Source of the DNA: a virus
Lineage: Duplodnaviria > Caudoviricetes
Virus record (IMG/VR): IMGVR_UViG_3300008267_001293
Location: 1 to 26,073 of that record
Length of the DNA: 26,073 nucleotides
Reading direction: 5' to 3' (one strand)
Shown here: positions 1-8,217 of the stretch, piece by piece
Layout: the number at the start of each line of letters is the position of its first letter
Numbering within the stretch: position 1 is the first letter of the stretch
Made by a program: the position numbers and the translations under genes
The notes under the pieces: generated by a model
The model's database searches: none
Seen by the model: only the letters and a program-made list of their open reading frames with translations
Told to the model about the DNA's origin: nothing

Positions 1-988
1 AATCTTCATAGTATACTGGATCAATTTCTTTGAATGCTAATGTCATCTGTAAGTGAACTGGACTTCCATCTTCATAAGTTGCATAAGTTCCAGATGCCGT
101 GTAATTTACGGACATATCTGTCAATGCACAAGGTTTGAAAGTATTTAAAAATGGATGTTTCTTAGGACCCATTTTATAGGTTAATTGATAGACACTTGGA
201 GATTCAATAAAAAATCCAGATCTATTATTTCCAGTGCCTGCACCACCATTTCTTGCAGACATTGTTGATTTTAATGTTCTGATAATTCCTTTAACTTCTT
301 CTGCTTCTTTTCTAGATCTTGGAGCAAGATCGAATGTAAATTGGAATCCTCTGAGATTTATGCCCTGAAAGAGAAGTTCCAAGTTAGAATTCATAACCAT
401 TCCAGTGGTTCTAGCAATCAGACCACTGGTGCTTACATTACCACCAAGATTATTTACTGATTGTCCAGCCAATCCATTAATTAATGCTGTTTTAAGTGCT
501 TGATTATTTGCAACCGCCGAAACTCCTTGTGTTGCAAATTCGACAGCTTTTTTTGCAGCTTCAACTGGGTTATTTGTCATGGCTTCACCAGCAAGTCCAA
601 GTCCAGCAGCTTCAATAGGATTAAGAGTATCTTCACCCCAAGTTACAGAGTTACTATCACTTACATTTTGAGGTATTGGAAGTATGATGTAATGTGTTGG
701 ACTAGATTTGCCTGCTTTGTTTTGCTGCTGCCTTTGTTGCATTGAAGGCATTTCAAGTGGTGGTCCAAAATCAATACCGCCAGCAATATAATCAAATATT
801 TTTATTTCTAAGTAGTCAGAAGTACTATCAATTCTCTTCATTGGATACCGAAAGGTATTCTTTCCACCACCATTGTTGAAATACTCTGGTGTTGCGGATA
901 CGTTAGAATATGCATTAGCGTAAGCATTTTCTGTCGAAGCAGTTGCATATGCTTCGCTACCCATTGAAGCACCGACGTTGAGAGGCAT
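1..988 (-). CDS. gp48: Baseplate tail-tube cap protein, T4 gp48-like (3' end runs off the window)
   Basis: Not in the ORF track. Manual translation from ATG at 988: MPLNVGASMGSEAY...FRYPMKRIDSTSDYLEIKIFDY...IILPIPQNVSDSNSVTWGEDTLN...NSNLELLFQGINLRGFQFTFDLAPRSRKEAEEVKGII...HPFLNTFKPCALTDMSVNYT...YEDGSPVHLQMTLAFKEIDPVY, typical gp48 motifs. Confidence 0.88.
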   Translation of the reverse strand, partial: MPLNVGASMGSEAYATASTENAYANAYSNVSATPEYFNNGGGKNTFRYPMKRIDSTSDYLEIKIFDYIAGGIDFGPPLEMPSMQQRQQQNKAGKSSPTHYIILPIPQNVSDSNSVTWGEDTLNPIEAAGLGLAGEAMTNNPVEAAKKAVEFATQGVSAVANNQALKTALINGLAGQSVNNLGGNVSTSGLIARTTGMVMNSNLELLFQGINLRGFQFTFDLAPRSRKEAEEVKGIIRTLKSTMSARNGGAGTGNNRSGFFIESPSVYQLTYKMGPKKHPFLNTFKPCALTDMSVNYTASGTYATYEDGSPVHLQMTLAFKEIDPVYYED

Positions 989-1001
989 CTATACTACTTT
1001 T

Positions 1002-1442
1002 TTAAGTATTTAGACGGAAATTTGCAAAAGGTATTGCTTGCAAGTCTCTTATTTCTGATGGATACACTTCGTACAATGATCCAACCACTTCATTCCAAGT
1101 ATATTGACGAGTTTCACTCCAGTGCATATTCAATCCACGAAATCCCCAAGCAAAAACATCAGTTACTGCAACTAGTGGATTTTGATCGTATCTAATATTT
1201 GGTGTTTTTGCATTGTAAACGAAAATATAAAATTTACCTACCTGAGGAACTTTTCCACTTTCTTGAACAACTTCCAAAAGTTCAAGCATTAAGTCATCAC
1301 CACTTTCTTTCCCCGTAATTCCTTCTAAAACAGGACGAACTCTATTACGATTAGTATCAGTATCGGTTGGATTTTTTGCTGATTTTTGCTCAGCAAGTTT
1401 TCTTTTTTGTGACTGAAGTAGAGTTTCTCTCTTTTCTGCCAT
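1002..1442 (-). CDS. gp2: DNA end-protector-like protein (short T4 gp2-like)
   Basis: GKFYIFVYNAKT...YDQNPLV...GFRGLNMHW resembles the gp2 core. Adjacent to gp4 as in T4-like phages. Confidence 0.6.
   Translation of the reverse strand: MAEKRETLLQSQKRKLAEQKSAKNPTDTDTNRNRVRPVLEGITGKESGDDLMLELLEVVQESGKVPQVGKFYIFVYNAKTPNIRYDQNPLVAVTDVFAWGFRGLNMHWSETRQYTWNEVVGSLYEVYPSEIRDLQAIPFANFRLNT
1007..1012 (-). promoter_or_regulatory. T4-type late promoter core (TAAATA) upstream of gp48
   Basis: TATTTA on + (CTAAATAC on -), about 20 nt upstream of the gp48 ATG. Confidence 0.65.
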
Positions 1443-1879
1443 TATTTGATACCTAATTCGTTCTCCGTTAGAACCTTAAATTCATATCCACGATCCGCAC
1501 ACCATTCTTTTGCCGCTGCCCACTTTGCTTGATTCTTGGCATACTCATATGCTTCCTGCAAGTATCCTTTGGTCTGTCTTTTGGGTTTTGGTGGAGGAAG
1601 TGTTTGTCTCTTTGGTTTGATCTCGATCACATATTTCTTAATTGAACCATTCTCTTCTTTAACTTTTATGATAAAATCAGGAAAGTACCTATGAGGTTTT
1701 CCGTCTATTGGAGAACGATAAACAACACACTTTTCTTCTGATGCCCACTCTAAAACATTTTCATTCAAATCACAGTACACCATAAATTTGCGCTCCCACA
1801 ATGAACGATAAACAATGTTCGTGGGATCTCCTTTGTACTTTTGAGGATATGATGGTTTGTATTTTCCCTTATATGACAT
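1442..1879 (-). CDS. gp4: Head completion nuclease, T4 gp4 (TnsA-like PD-(D/E)xK fold)
   Basis: YKGKYKPSYPQKYKGDPTNIVYRSLWERKFM...WASEE...HRYFPDF...IEIKP...NQAKW is the gp4 signature. Confidence 0.93.
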   Translation of the reverse strand: MSYKGKYKPSYPQKYKGDPTNIVYRSLWERKFMVYCDLNENVLEWASEEKCVVYRSPIDGKPHRYFPDFIIKVKEENGSIKKYVIEIKPKRQTLPPPKPKRQTKGYLQEAYEYAKNQAKWAAAKEWCADRGYEFKVLTENELGIK

Positions 1880-1880
1880 C

Positions 1881-1912
1881 TAAATAACTAAAATGCTCAT
1901 AATAGGTATTTA
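1881..1912. promoter_or_regulatory. Face-to-face pair of late promoters between divergent operons
   Basis: TAAATA on + at 1881-1886 (toward 1915) and TAAATA on - at 1912-1907 (toward gp4), within a 35-nt intergenic gap. Confidence 0.7.
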
Positions 1913-1914
1913 GA

Positions 1915-2517
1915 GTGCCTGCACCAAGACCAAGAAAAATATCAGAGTTCAAACCACTTTTTACCAATCTTGCTCAGACTTCTCATTATCAGATAATTTT
2001 TGGTGGTTTATCTGGACAATTAAGATCATATTTACTCAGAAGAGGAATTGATTATAGATTTATTGGTGACTCAGTTGGGTTGTTGTGCAACTCTGCATCA
2101 CTTCCAGGAAGTTCTTTTGCAACTGCGGATATTGTTGGAAACTACACAAGAATTATAAAATTTGATAGAGATTATAGTAAGTATATTGAATATACTTTTT
2201 ATGGTTTATTCCCACTTACTTTAAATTCAACTGCAATTTCTTATGAAAATTCGTCTATTTTAAAAGCAAGTGCTTCATTTAATTATGAAAGATATGTTTG
2301 TGGTAGATCATATAGTATAGACATTAACAGAAGAGAAGATAACAATAGAGATCCGCAAGCAGGAACTAATTTCCTCAACGAAACTGATAATAATAGACCG
2401 ATCTACGTTCCAGTATCACCTGGTGCAGCTGCTGCTGGCGGTGTAAGATTTAGACCTCTTGGAACTCCAACAGGCGAAGCAATAGTTACTGGACAATTAA
2501 GAGATAGTCTATTGTAA
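1915..2517 (+). CDS. Tail tube / tube-initiator protein (gp19/gp54-like), apparently with an internal in-frame deletion
   Basis: NLAQTSHYQ...LLCNSASLPGSSFAT...IEYTFYGLFP...ISYENSSILKASASFNYERY fits the tube fold family. GTG start. The central segment seems absent. Confidence 0.7.
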   Translation: MPAPRPRKISEFKPLFTNLAQTSHYQIIFGGLSGQLRSYLLRRGIDYRFIGDSVGLLCNSASLPGSSFATADIVGNYTRIIKFDRDYSKYIEYTFYGLFPLTLNSTAISYENSSILKASASFNYERYVCGRSYSIDINRREDNNRDPQAGTNFLNETDNNRPIYVPVSPGAAAAGGVRFRPLGTPTGEAIVTGQLRDSLL

Positions 2518-2533
2518 GTTCAAAAGACTTCTC

Positions 2534-2539
2534 TAAATA
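2534..2539 (+). promoter_or_regulatory. Late promoter core TAAATA upstream of gp26
   Basis: CTCTAAATAT in the intergenic gap, 26 nt before ATG 2566. Confidence 0.65.
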
Positions 2540-2565
2540 TTTTTATCTGAGTTGTAAGGATTATT

Positions 2566-3285
2566 ATGCCTTTACCTAAAATCTCTACGCCAACGTATGA
2601 GTTAGAAATTCCATCTAATAAACAGAAAATTAAGTATAGACCTTTTCTAGTTAAAGAAGAAAAGATCTTAATCATTGCTATGGAAAGTGAAGATAGCAAA
2701 CAAATTGCTAATGCAGTTAAAAATGTGATTTCCTCTTGCATTTTGACAAGAGGTATTAAAGTTGAAGATTTATCAACTTTCGATATTGAATATTTGTTCC
2801 TCAACATTCGAGGCAAATCTGTTGGGGAAGATGTTGAAGTTCTAATTACTTGTCCTGATGATAACATTACTCAGGTTCCAGTATTGATTAATCTCGACGA
2901 TATTAAAGTTCAAATTAGTGAAGATCACACCAGAGACATTAAACTCGATGACAATCTGGTTTTAAGAATGAAGTATCCATCAATGGATGAATTCATCAAG
3001 AGTAATTTTGCTTCTGGAAATGAAATTGGTGTGACTGAAACATTTGATTTGATTGCATCGTGCATTGAACAAGTTTACTCGGAAGATGAATCTTGGGCAG
3101 CATCTGATTGTACTAAAAAAGAACTTCTTGAATTTGTGGAACAGTTTACATCAAAACAATTCAAAGAGATTGAAAAGTTTTTTGATACAATGCCTAAACT
3201 TTCTCATAAATTTACAGTTAAGAATCCAAAGACTGGTGTTGAAAGTGAAGTTGTGTTGGAGGGACTCACATCTTTTTTCGGGTAA
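2566..3285 (+). CDS. gp26: Baseplate hub subunit/assembly chaperone, T4 gp26-like
   Basis: MPLPKISTPTYELEIPS...KYRPFLVKEEKIL...FDIEYLFLNIRGKSVGE...CPDD...FFDTMPKL...LEGLTSFFG. Confidence 0.92.
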   Translation: MPLPKISTPTYELEIPSNKQKIKYRPFLVKEEKILIIAMESEDSKQIANAVKNVISSCILTRGIKVEDLSTFDIEYLFLNIRGKSVGEDVEVLITCPDDNITQVPVLINLDDIKVQISEDHTRDIKLDDNLVLRMKYPSMDEFIKSNFASGNEIGVTETFDLIASCIEQVYSEDESWAASDCTKKELLEFVEQFTSKQFKEIEKFFDTMPKLSHKFTVKNPKTGVESEVVLEGLTSFFG

Positions 3286-3315
3286 GTATGGCTCACGAGG
3301 ATATTGAGTCATACT
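3273..3315 (+). promoter_or_regulatory. Candidate -1 programmed ribosomal frameshift signal (slippery heptamer plus hairpin)
   Basis: T_TTT_TTC at 3273-3279 in the gp26 frame. Stem AGTATGGCTCA (3285-3295) pairs with TGAGTCATACT (3305-3315). The -1 frame is open into gp51. Confidence 0.7.
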
Positions 3316-3467
3316 ATAAAGTTAATTTTGCCTTGATGCAGCACCATAAATATAGTTTGACAGAACTAGAAAATATGATTCCATGGGAAAGAGAGATTTA
3401 TCTCTCTCTCCTCAAACAATATGTTGAAGAAGAGAATCTAAAGCACCAACAGGGAGCAAATGGCTGA
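3288..3467 (+). CDS. gp51: Small baseplate hub assembly catalyst, cyanophage gp51-like (59 aa); possibly the C-terminal part of a gp26-gp51 frameshift product
   Basis: Not in the ORF track: MAHEDIESYYKVNFALMQHHKYSLTELENMIPWEREIYLSLLKQYVEEENLKHQQGANG. Confidence 0.88.
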   Translation: MAHEDIESYYKVNFALMQHHKYSLTELENMIPWEREIYLSLLKQYVEEENLKHQQGANG

Positions 3468-5103
3468 GATTAAATCGCCACTATCAGGAGGATTAAGAGT
3501 CGCTAGAAGAACGGTGTCTGCCGATGCTTTCGTTAGAGCAGCACCTCCACCTCCTCCTGCGGTTTCTCAACCAGATCCAGTTACAACATCATTAATTCAA
3601 AGAAACTCGTTAGCATTAAATACAGTTTCTGAACAACTCACATCACTCACGCAGCAAGTTAATTCTTTGAATGCTGCGATGCAGAATGTTTATGGAAACA
3701 TAACTCAAAATTCAGTATTAGAAAGAAGAAAAGAATCACAAGAACAAGATCAAGAAAGAAGACTTGCAGAACAACAGTTAAGAGAAGGTAAAGAAAGTGC
3801 GATTGAAAGAAAGATACAATCTGCATTAGTTTATCCCGTTCAAAAGATCTCTGCAAAGGCATCATTCACACTTTCTCGCTTAATGCAATTTTTTACCACT
3901 CTTTTGGGTGGTTGGTTATTGAATCAAGGATTGGAGACAATCAAGGCACTTGGTGAGGGAAATAAGAAAAGATTAACAGAAATTAGAGATAATGTTCTAA
4001 AAAATCTTGGCATTATTGGTGGAATATATGCTGGTATTAGATTTGGTCTAACCGCAGTATTCAATGCAATGACTCGTGTTGCTGCAAGAGTCACATCTGC
4101 TGTTGCTGTTGGTTTGTTTATAAGACCTGTTCAAGCTCTGTTAGATGGTGTTAAGGGAGCAGCAGATAAACTCATACCAAAAATACAGAACGTCCTTCCA
4201 GGATTTTCAAAACCTGGTGGAGGAGGTGGAGGAAATCCACCACCACCTGCTGGTGGCAAAGAACCACCAAAAACAACTAGTGAAGCATCACGCCAGGTTG
4301 GTGGTAAAGGTTTTAATAGATTTGCACCATCAAGTTTACTAGCTCCTCTTCTTGGTGGAGCAATCGGTGGTACTGCTGATGTTATGCAGGGCGAAGATCC
4401 TGCAAAAGCATATACAACTAATCTTGGTGGTGCCGCTGCTGCTACATATGCCACAGGTTTAGTATCAAGGTTACCTTTACCACCACTAATAAAAGTTCCA
4501 TTAATGTTTGGAACTGGATATGGAGTTTTTGGTTCAGTAACAGAAGGACTTAAAGGTTTTTATGATAAGACCACTGAAATGTTTGGAACTGATCCTGGTG
4601 CAACCAGTTCTCAACCAGTTCAGAGTAAAATCACTGATATTGCCTTTAATTCTGAAAGTTTGGTGAATGATCAAAAACAGATGTCAAGTGCAGATTTAAT
4701 AACACAGGCATCACAACAAGATTTTAAACAACCACCACAGTATGGAAATATAAATGTAGATCAATTAGTTCAAATCGGAGCAGAATTTGCAGGAAAAATT
4801 GGAGCAGAAGGTCTTGAAATTGCAAAAGGATTAACTGGAGAATCATTCAACATACCACAAGCACAAGTATTTCCAATTAAGCAAGAAGTTGCAATGAAGA
4901 CAGCAAGTGTTGGTCCATTACCAGAACCAACACCAACAATTATTCCTATGCCTATGGGTGGAGGAACTAGATCTGTTGCTGGAAAACAAAGATCAACTGT
5001 AACTGGTGAAGATACTAATCCAATGCCAGTTATAAACCCAGAAAATGCAAACAATATCTACCTTGCATTTTCACATTCAGTCTACAATGTTCCGATGATG
5101 TAA
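3460..5103 (+). CDS. Tape-measure-like / baseplate-hub-associated virion protein
   Basis: Coiled-coil N-terminus, hydrophobic helical segments and Gly/Pro linkers. Lies between gp26/gp51 and the hub gene. Confidence 0.5.
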   Translation: MAEIKSPLSGGLRVARRTVSADAFVRAAPPPPPAVSQPDPVTTSLIQRNSLALNTVSEQLTSLTQQVNSLNAAMQNVYGNITQNSVLERRKESQEQDQERRLAEQQLREGKESAIERKIQSALVYPVQKISAKASFTLSRLMQFFTTLLGGWLLNQGLETIKALGEGNKKRLTEIRDNVLKNLGIIGGIYAGIRFGLTAVFNAMTRVAARVTSAVAVGLFIRPVQALLDGVKGAADKLIPKIQNVLPGFSKPGGGGGGNPPPPAGGKEPPKTTSEASRQVGGKGFNRFAPSSLLAPLLGGAIGGTADVMQGEDPAKAYTTNLGGAAAATYATGLVSRLPLPPLIKVPLMFGTGYGVFGSVTEGLKGFYDKTTEMFGTDPGATSSQPVQSKITDIAFNSESLVNDQKQMSSADLITQASQQDFKQPPQYGNINVDQLVQIGAEFAGKIGAEGLEIAKGLTGESFNIPQAQVFPIKQEVAMKTASVGPLPEPTPTIIPMPMGGGTRSVAGKQRSTVTGEDTNPMPVINPENANNIYLAFSHSVYNVPMM

Positions 5104-5104
5104 A

Positions 5105-6865
5105 ATGGCAGAAAAACTTCAAAGCACATTAATAAAATCATCGATAGGTGTTGATAAAATTAAAAAGTCTGTGATGACTTTTAGGAAAAGTATTAATAGT
5201 ACTCAAAAGAGTGCTGTAAATATCAACACAGCATTAGTAAACAGCAACAGACAGAAACAACAAGCAATAAAACTCACAGTATCAAATTTCCAGAAAAGGA
5301 GAGAAGCAGTTAGAAGAAGGGAAAGGGAGGATATAATTGAGGCATCTGGAATTAGTGGTGCAATTAGAAGGCAAGGAAAAGTAATTGCATCTAGTACCAA
5401 AGGTTTTCTTGGAAGAATACTAGACTTTATAGGAACATTAATGGTTGGATGGTTGATTAATAATCTTCCAGTAATTATTAGTCTTGGAGAGCAATTGATA
5501 AGCAGAATGGGTAAATTGTTTATTGTACTGAAATCTTTTGTTGGAAATGTTACAACAATATTGTCTGGATTTGGTAGTTTGCTTGGTGGAACTATCCAAA
5601 ACTTTATGAAGTTTGATTTCACTGATCAACAACAATTGGTTGATAGAAGTATGTCAACCATCCAAACTGGTATACTAGGTATTGAAAAAGATTTCAATGA
5701 TGCAATATATCTTCTTTCTCAACCACTTGATCTTGGTTTTGATAGATTAATTATTCCTGAGGATCAAGGAGAAGGACCACCTGCTTCTCCTGAGGGAGTT
5801 CCTAGTAGTGGTGGCGATAGATGGAAACCACTTTTTGATGCTATTGGTGCAGGAGAGGGTGGATATACTTCAATGTATCCTGGTGAAAATTATCCAGAAT
5901 TGGTTAATATGACAATTGCTCAGGTAATACAATTCCAAAAACAAAAATTAAAAGATGGTAGAGCGTCTGCGGCAGTTGGAAAATATCAGATGCTCTATCC
6001 TGAAAAATATGCAGCTGCTGCTGGTCTCCCATTAACTGCTAAATTTTCACCAGAAAACCAAGACAGAATGGCAGGAGCATATATTGAAAAATATAGAGGT
6101 GGTAGTGATTGGTTGTCTGGAAAAATAACTGATGAACAATTTGGATATCAATTGGCAAAAGAATTTGCTGGTCTAAAACAACCAAATGGTGTTGGATTTT
6201 ATGATAAAGACGGGAGAAATAAAGCAACAGTTGATTGGAAAGTCACAAAAGCAGCTTTAAAAAAAGTAAAGTCTCAACCAGCGACTCCATCACCAGTAAT
6301 AACATCCAAGTCACGTGTTATTGATGAAATCAATGTATCTGGTCCATCTGGTGGAACACCAACCGTTGGACTTTCTGGTGGCATCATTAAATCTGGAAAT
6401 ACAGAATATTATTTTGCACACTTAGCAAGAATAATGGTTAGACCTGGACCATATAATGGTCAAGTAATTGGTGAGATTGGAAATACAGGGTCTGGATCTG
6501 GAATACACTTACATTATGAAGTTAGACCAAATGGAAAACCAATTGATCCAAAACCATATCTTAATCTGTTGGACATTGGAAGAAAGACTGCTCCTACCTC
6601 TACTGCAATTTCTGCTGCAAAACCAAGTACTTCACCAGCAGTCCAAATTGCAAGTGCAAAACCAGCACAATCAGTACAGTCAGCATCGCAGGTTGCAACA
6701 GAAAGAAAAGGACAAACTATCGTTGTTCCTATTCCTATGCCAGATCAATCACAAATTGCACAAGCAACACCACGAGTATCTGGTGGAGCACCAAGTTTCC
6801 AAAGTTCCCCTCAAAGTGGATTAAATAGATATATCGAACAAACTCAATACCTCGCACTAGCATAA
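5105..6865 (+). CDS. Tape-measure-like virion protein with lysozyme-like and (partial) M23 peptidase domains
   Basis: AIGAGEGGY...AVGKYQ...KFSPENQD...LAKEFAGL is a lambda-lysozyme-like motif set. YFAHL...VIGEIGNTGSGSGIHLHYEVR...IDPKPYL is the C-terminal half of M23. Confidence 0.7.
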   Translation: MAEKLQSTLIKSSIGVDKIKKSVMTFRKSINSTQKSAVNINTALVNSNRQKQQAIKLTVSNFQKRREAVRRREREDIIEASGISGAIRRQGKVIASSTKGFLGRILDFIGTLMVGWLINNLPVIISLGEQLISRMGKLFIVLKSFVGNVTTILSGFGSLLGGTIQNFMKFDFTDQQQLVDRSMSTIQTGILGIEKDFNDAIYLLSQPLDLGFDRLIIPEDQGEGPPASPEGVPSSGGDRWKPLFDAIGAGEGGYTSMYPGENYPELVNMTIAQVIQFQKQKLKDGRASAAVGKYQMLYPEKYAAAAGLPLTAKFSPENQDRMAGAYIEKYRGGSDWLSGKITDEQFGYQLAKEFAGLKQPNGVGFYDKDGRNKATVDWKVTKAALKKVKSQPATPSPVITSKSRVIDEINVSGPSGGTPTVGLSGGIIKSGNTEYYFAHLARIMVRPGPYNGQVIGEIGNTGSGSGIHLHYEVRPNGKPIDPKPYLNLLDIGRKTAPTSTAISAAKPSTSPAVQIASAKPAQSVQSASQVATERKGQTIVVPIPMPDQSQIAQATPRVSGGAPSFQSSPQSGLNRYIEQTQYLALA

Positions 6866-6871
6866 TCATAA

Positions 6872-8206
6872 ATGGCAGCAATCGATAGGTCAATATACGA
6901 ATCCCTTATCCTTGAAAAAAGAGGTGGTGGTAAGACCATCGACGTTAGATTAGGTACAGTTTCTGTTGATTACTATGAAGATATTTTTTCACCTACTGTT
7001 ACCGCAACTATTGTAATTGTTGATAATGGTGTTGTATCTGGAGCAAATAATTCAGAAAATGCTGATATAAATTGTATGACTCCTGACGGGGAAAGACAAT
7101 CAGTATATCAAGGTCTTCCGTTAAGAGGTGGAGAAAGAGTTTTATTTAAAGTTGCTGGCAATTCACCATCAAATCCTGGTATAGATTATGCATCAGGCGA
7201 TACTCTATACGTTTCAAATATTGCAAATGTGATAAGCGAAACTCAAAGAGAAATGTTGGTATTAAATTTAACTTCAAGAGAAGCAATTTTAAACGAAACT
7301 GAATCCGTAACAAAAAAATATCCAACATCATCTCCTATTTCAGTTTCTGCCGAAAATATTATCAAAGAATTTTTAAAACCAACGAAGAAAGTTGAAGTTG
7401 ATAAGACCATAAACTCTTATGGTTTTTTAGGCAATTCTCGCAAACCATTTAGTCTTTTAGTTAGTTTAGCATCAAAAGCAGTTCCAGAATTATCAGAAAA
7501 AGATGCAACTGCTGGATTTGTATTTTTCCAAACAGTTGAAGGTTTATTTTTCAAGTCAATTGATGAGTTGATCAAGAAAGGTCCAAAAGCAACATACACT
7601 TATACTGATGTTAATCAGTCTAGATTGGCAAGAAATAATGACTTTAATATTTTATCTTATAGTACAAATAAGAATGAAAAACTTATCGAAAATCTTAGAC
7701 TAGGTGCATATGCTAGTAAAAGAGTTATTTTCGATCCTTATACTTTTAAGGTTAATTTTATAGATTTTGGTAAAGATGAGTATAAAAAAGGATTAGAAAC
7801 TCTGGGAGGAGCAATTAATCCACCAGTGATTGTGGCAGGAACTGACGGATCACTAGATCTTGGAAAATCTCCATCAAGAACAGTTGCATCAATACTTGAT
7901 CGTGGAGCTTATGATGAAGATGTCTCAACAGAAAAAAATGCAGAAGCATTGAAATATCAGTCTCAAACTTTAACAAGATATAATAGTCTTTTTGTCCAGA
8001 TGTTAACAATGACTGTTCCATCAAATACTAATTTGAAAGCAGGAGATGTTATTAATTGCCAATTTCCATCAACAACAACTTCTAAGAAGAAAGAGTTTGA
8101 TCAGGCACAAAGTGGTCTATATATGATTAAGGCGCTGTGTCATCATTTTGATTCGAATGGATCTTATACTTCATTGAAGTTAGTCAGAGACACTTTTGGT
8201 CAATAA
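6872..8206 (+). CDS. Baseplate hub protein (gp27-like)
   Basis: VDYYEDIFSPTVTA...LPLRGGE...GFVFFQT...FKSID...TVPSNTNLKAGDVI...SGLYMIKALCHHF...TSLKLVRD. Directly precedes gp5. Confidence 0.7.
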   Translation: MAAIDRSIYESLILEKRGGGKTIDVRLGTVSVDYYEDIFSPTVTATIVIVDNGVVSGANNSENADINCMTPDGERQSVYQGLPLRGGERVLFKVAGNSPSNPGIDYASGDTLYVSNIANVISETQREMLVLNLTSREAILNETESVTKKYPTSSPISVSAENIIKEFLKPTKKVEVDKTINSYGFLGNSRKPFSLLVSLASKAVPELSEKDATAGFVFFQTVEGLFFKSIDELIKKGPKATYTYTDVNQSRLARNNDFNILSYSTNKNEKLIENLRLGAYASKRVIFDPYTFKVNFIDFGKDEYKKGLETLGGAINPPVIVAGTDGSLDLGKSPSRTVASILDRGAYDEDVSTEKNAEALKYQSQTLTRYNSLFVQMLTMTVPSNTNLKAGDVINCQFPSTTTSKKKEFDQAQSGLYMIKALCHHFDSNGSYTSLKLVRDTFGQ

Positions 8207-8217
8207 GGTAGAATAAA

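Noticed and set aside
500-745. 81-aa + strand ORF and the other short antisense or alternate-frame ORFs nested in long genes
   Set aside because: They overlap well-supported genes and show no family motifs.
3053-3307. 84-aa +1-frame ORF overlapping the gp26 end
   Set aside because: It is in the +1 frame and stops at 3307. The conserved gp51 sequence is in the -1 frame.
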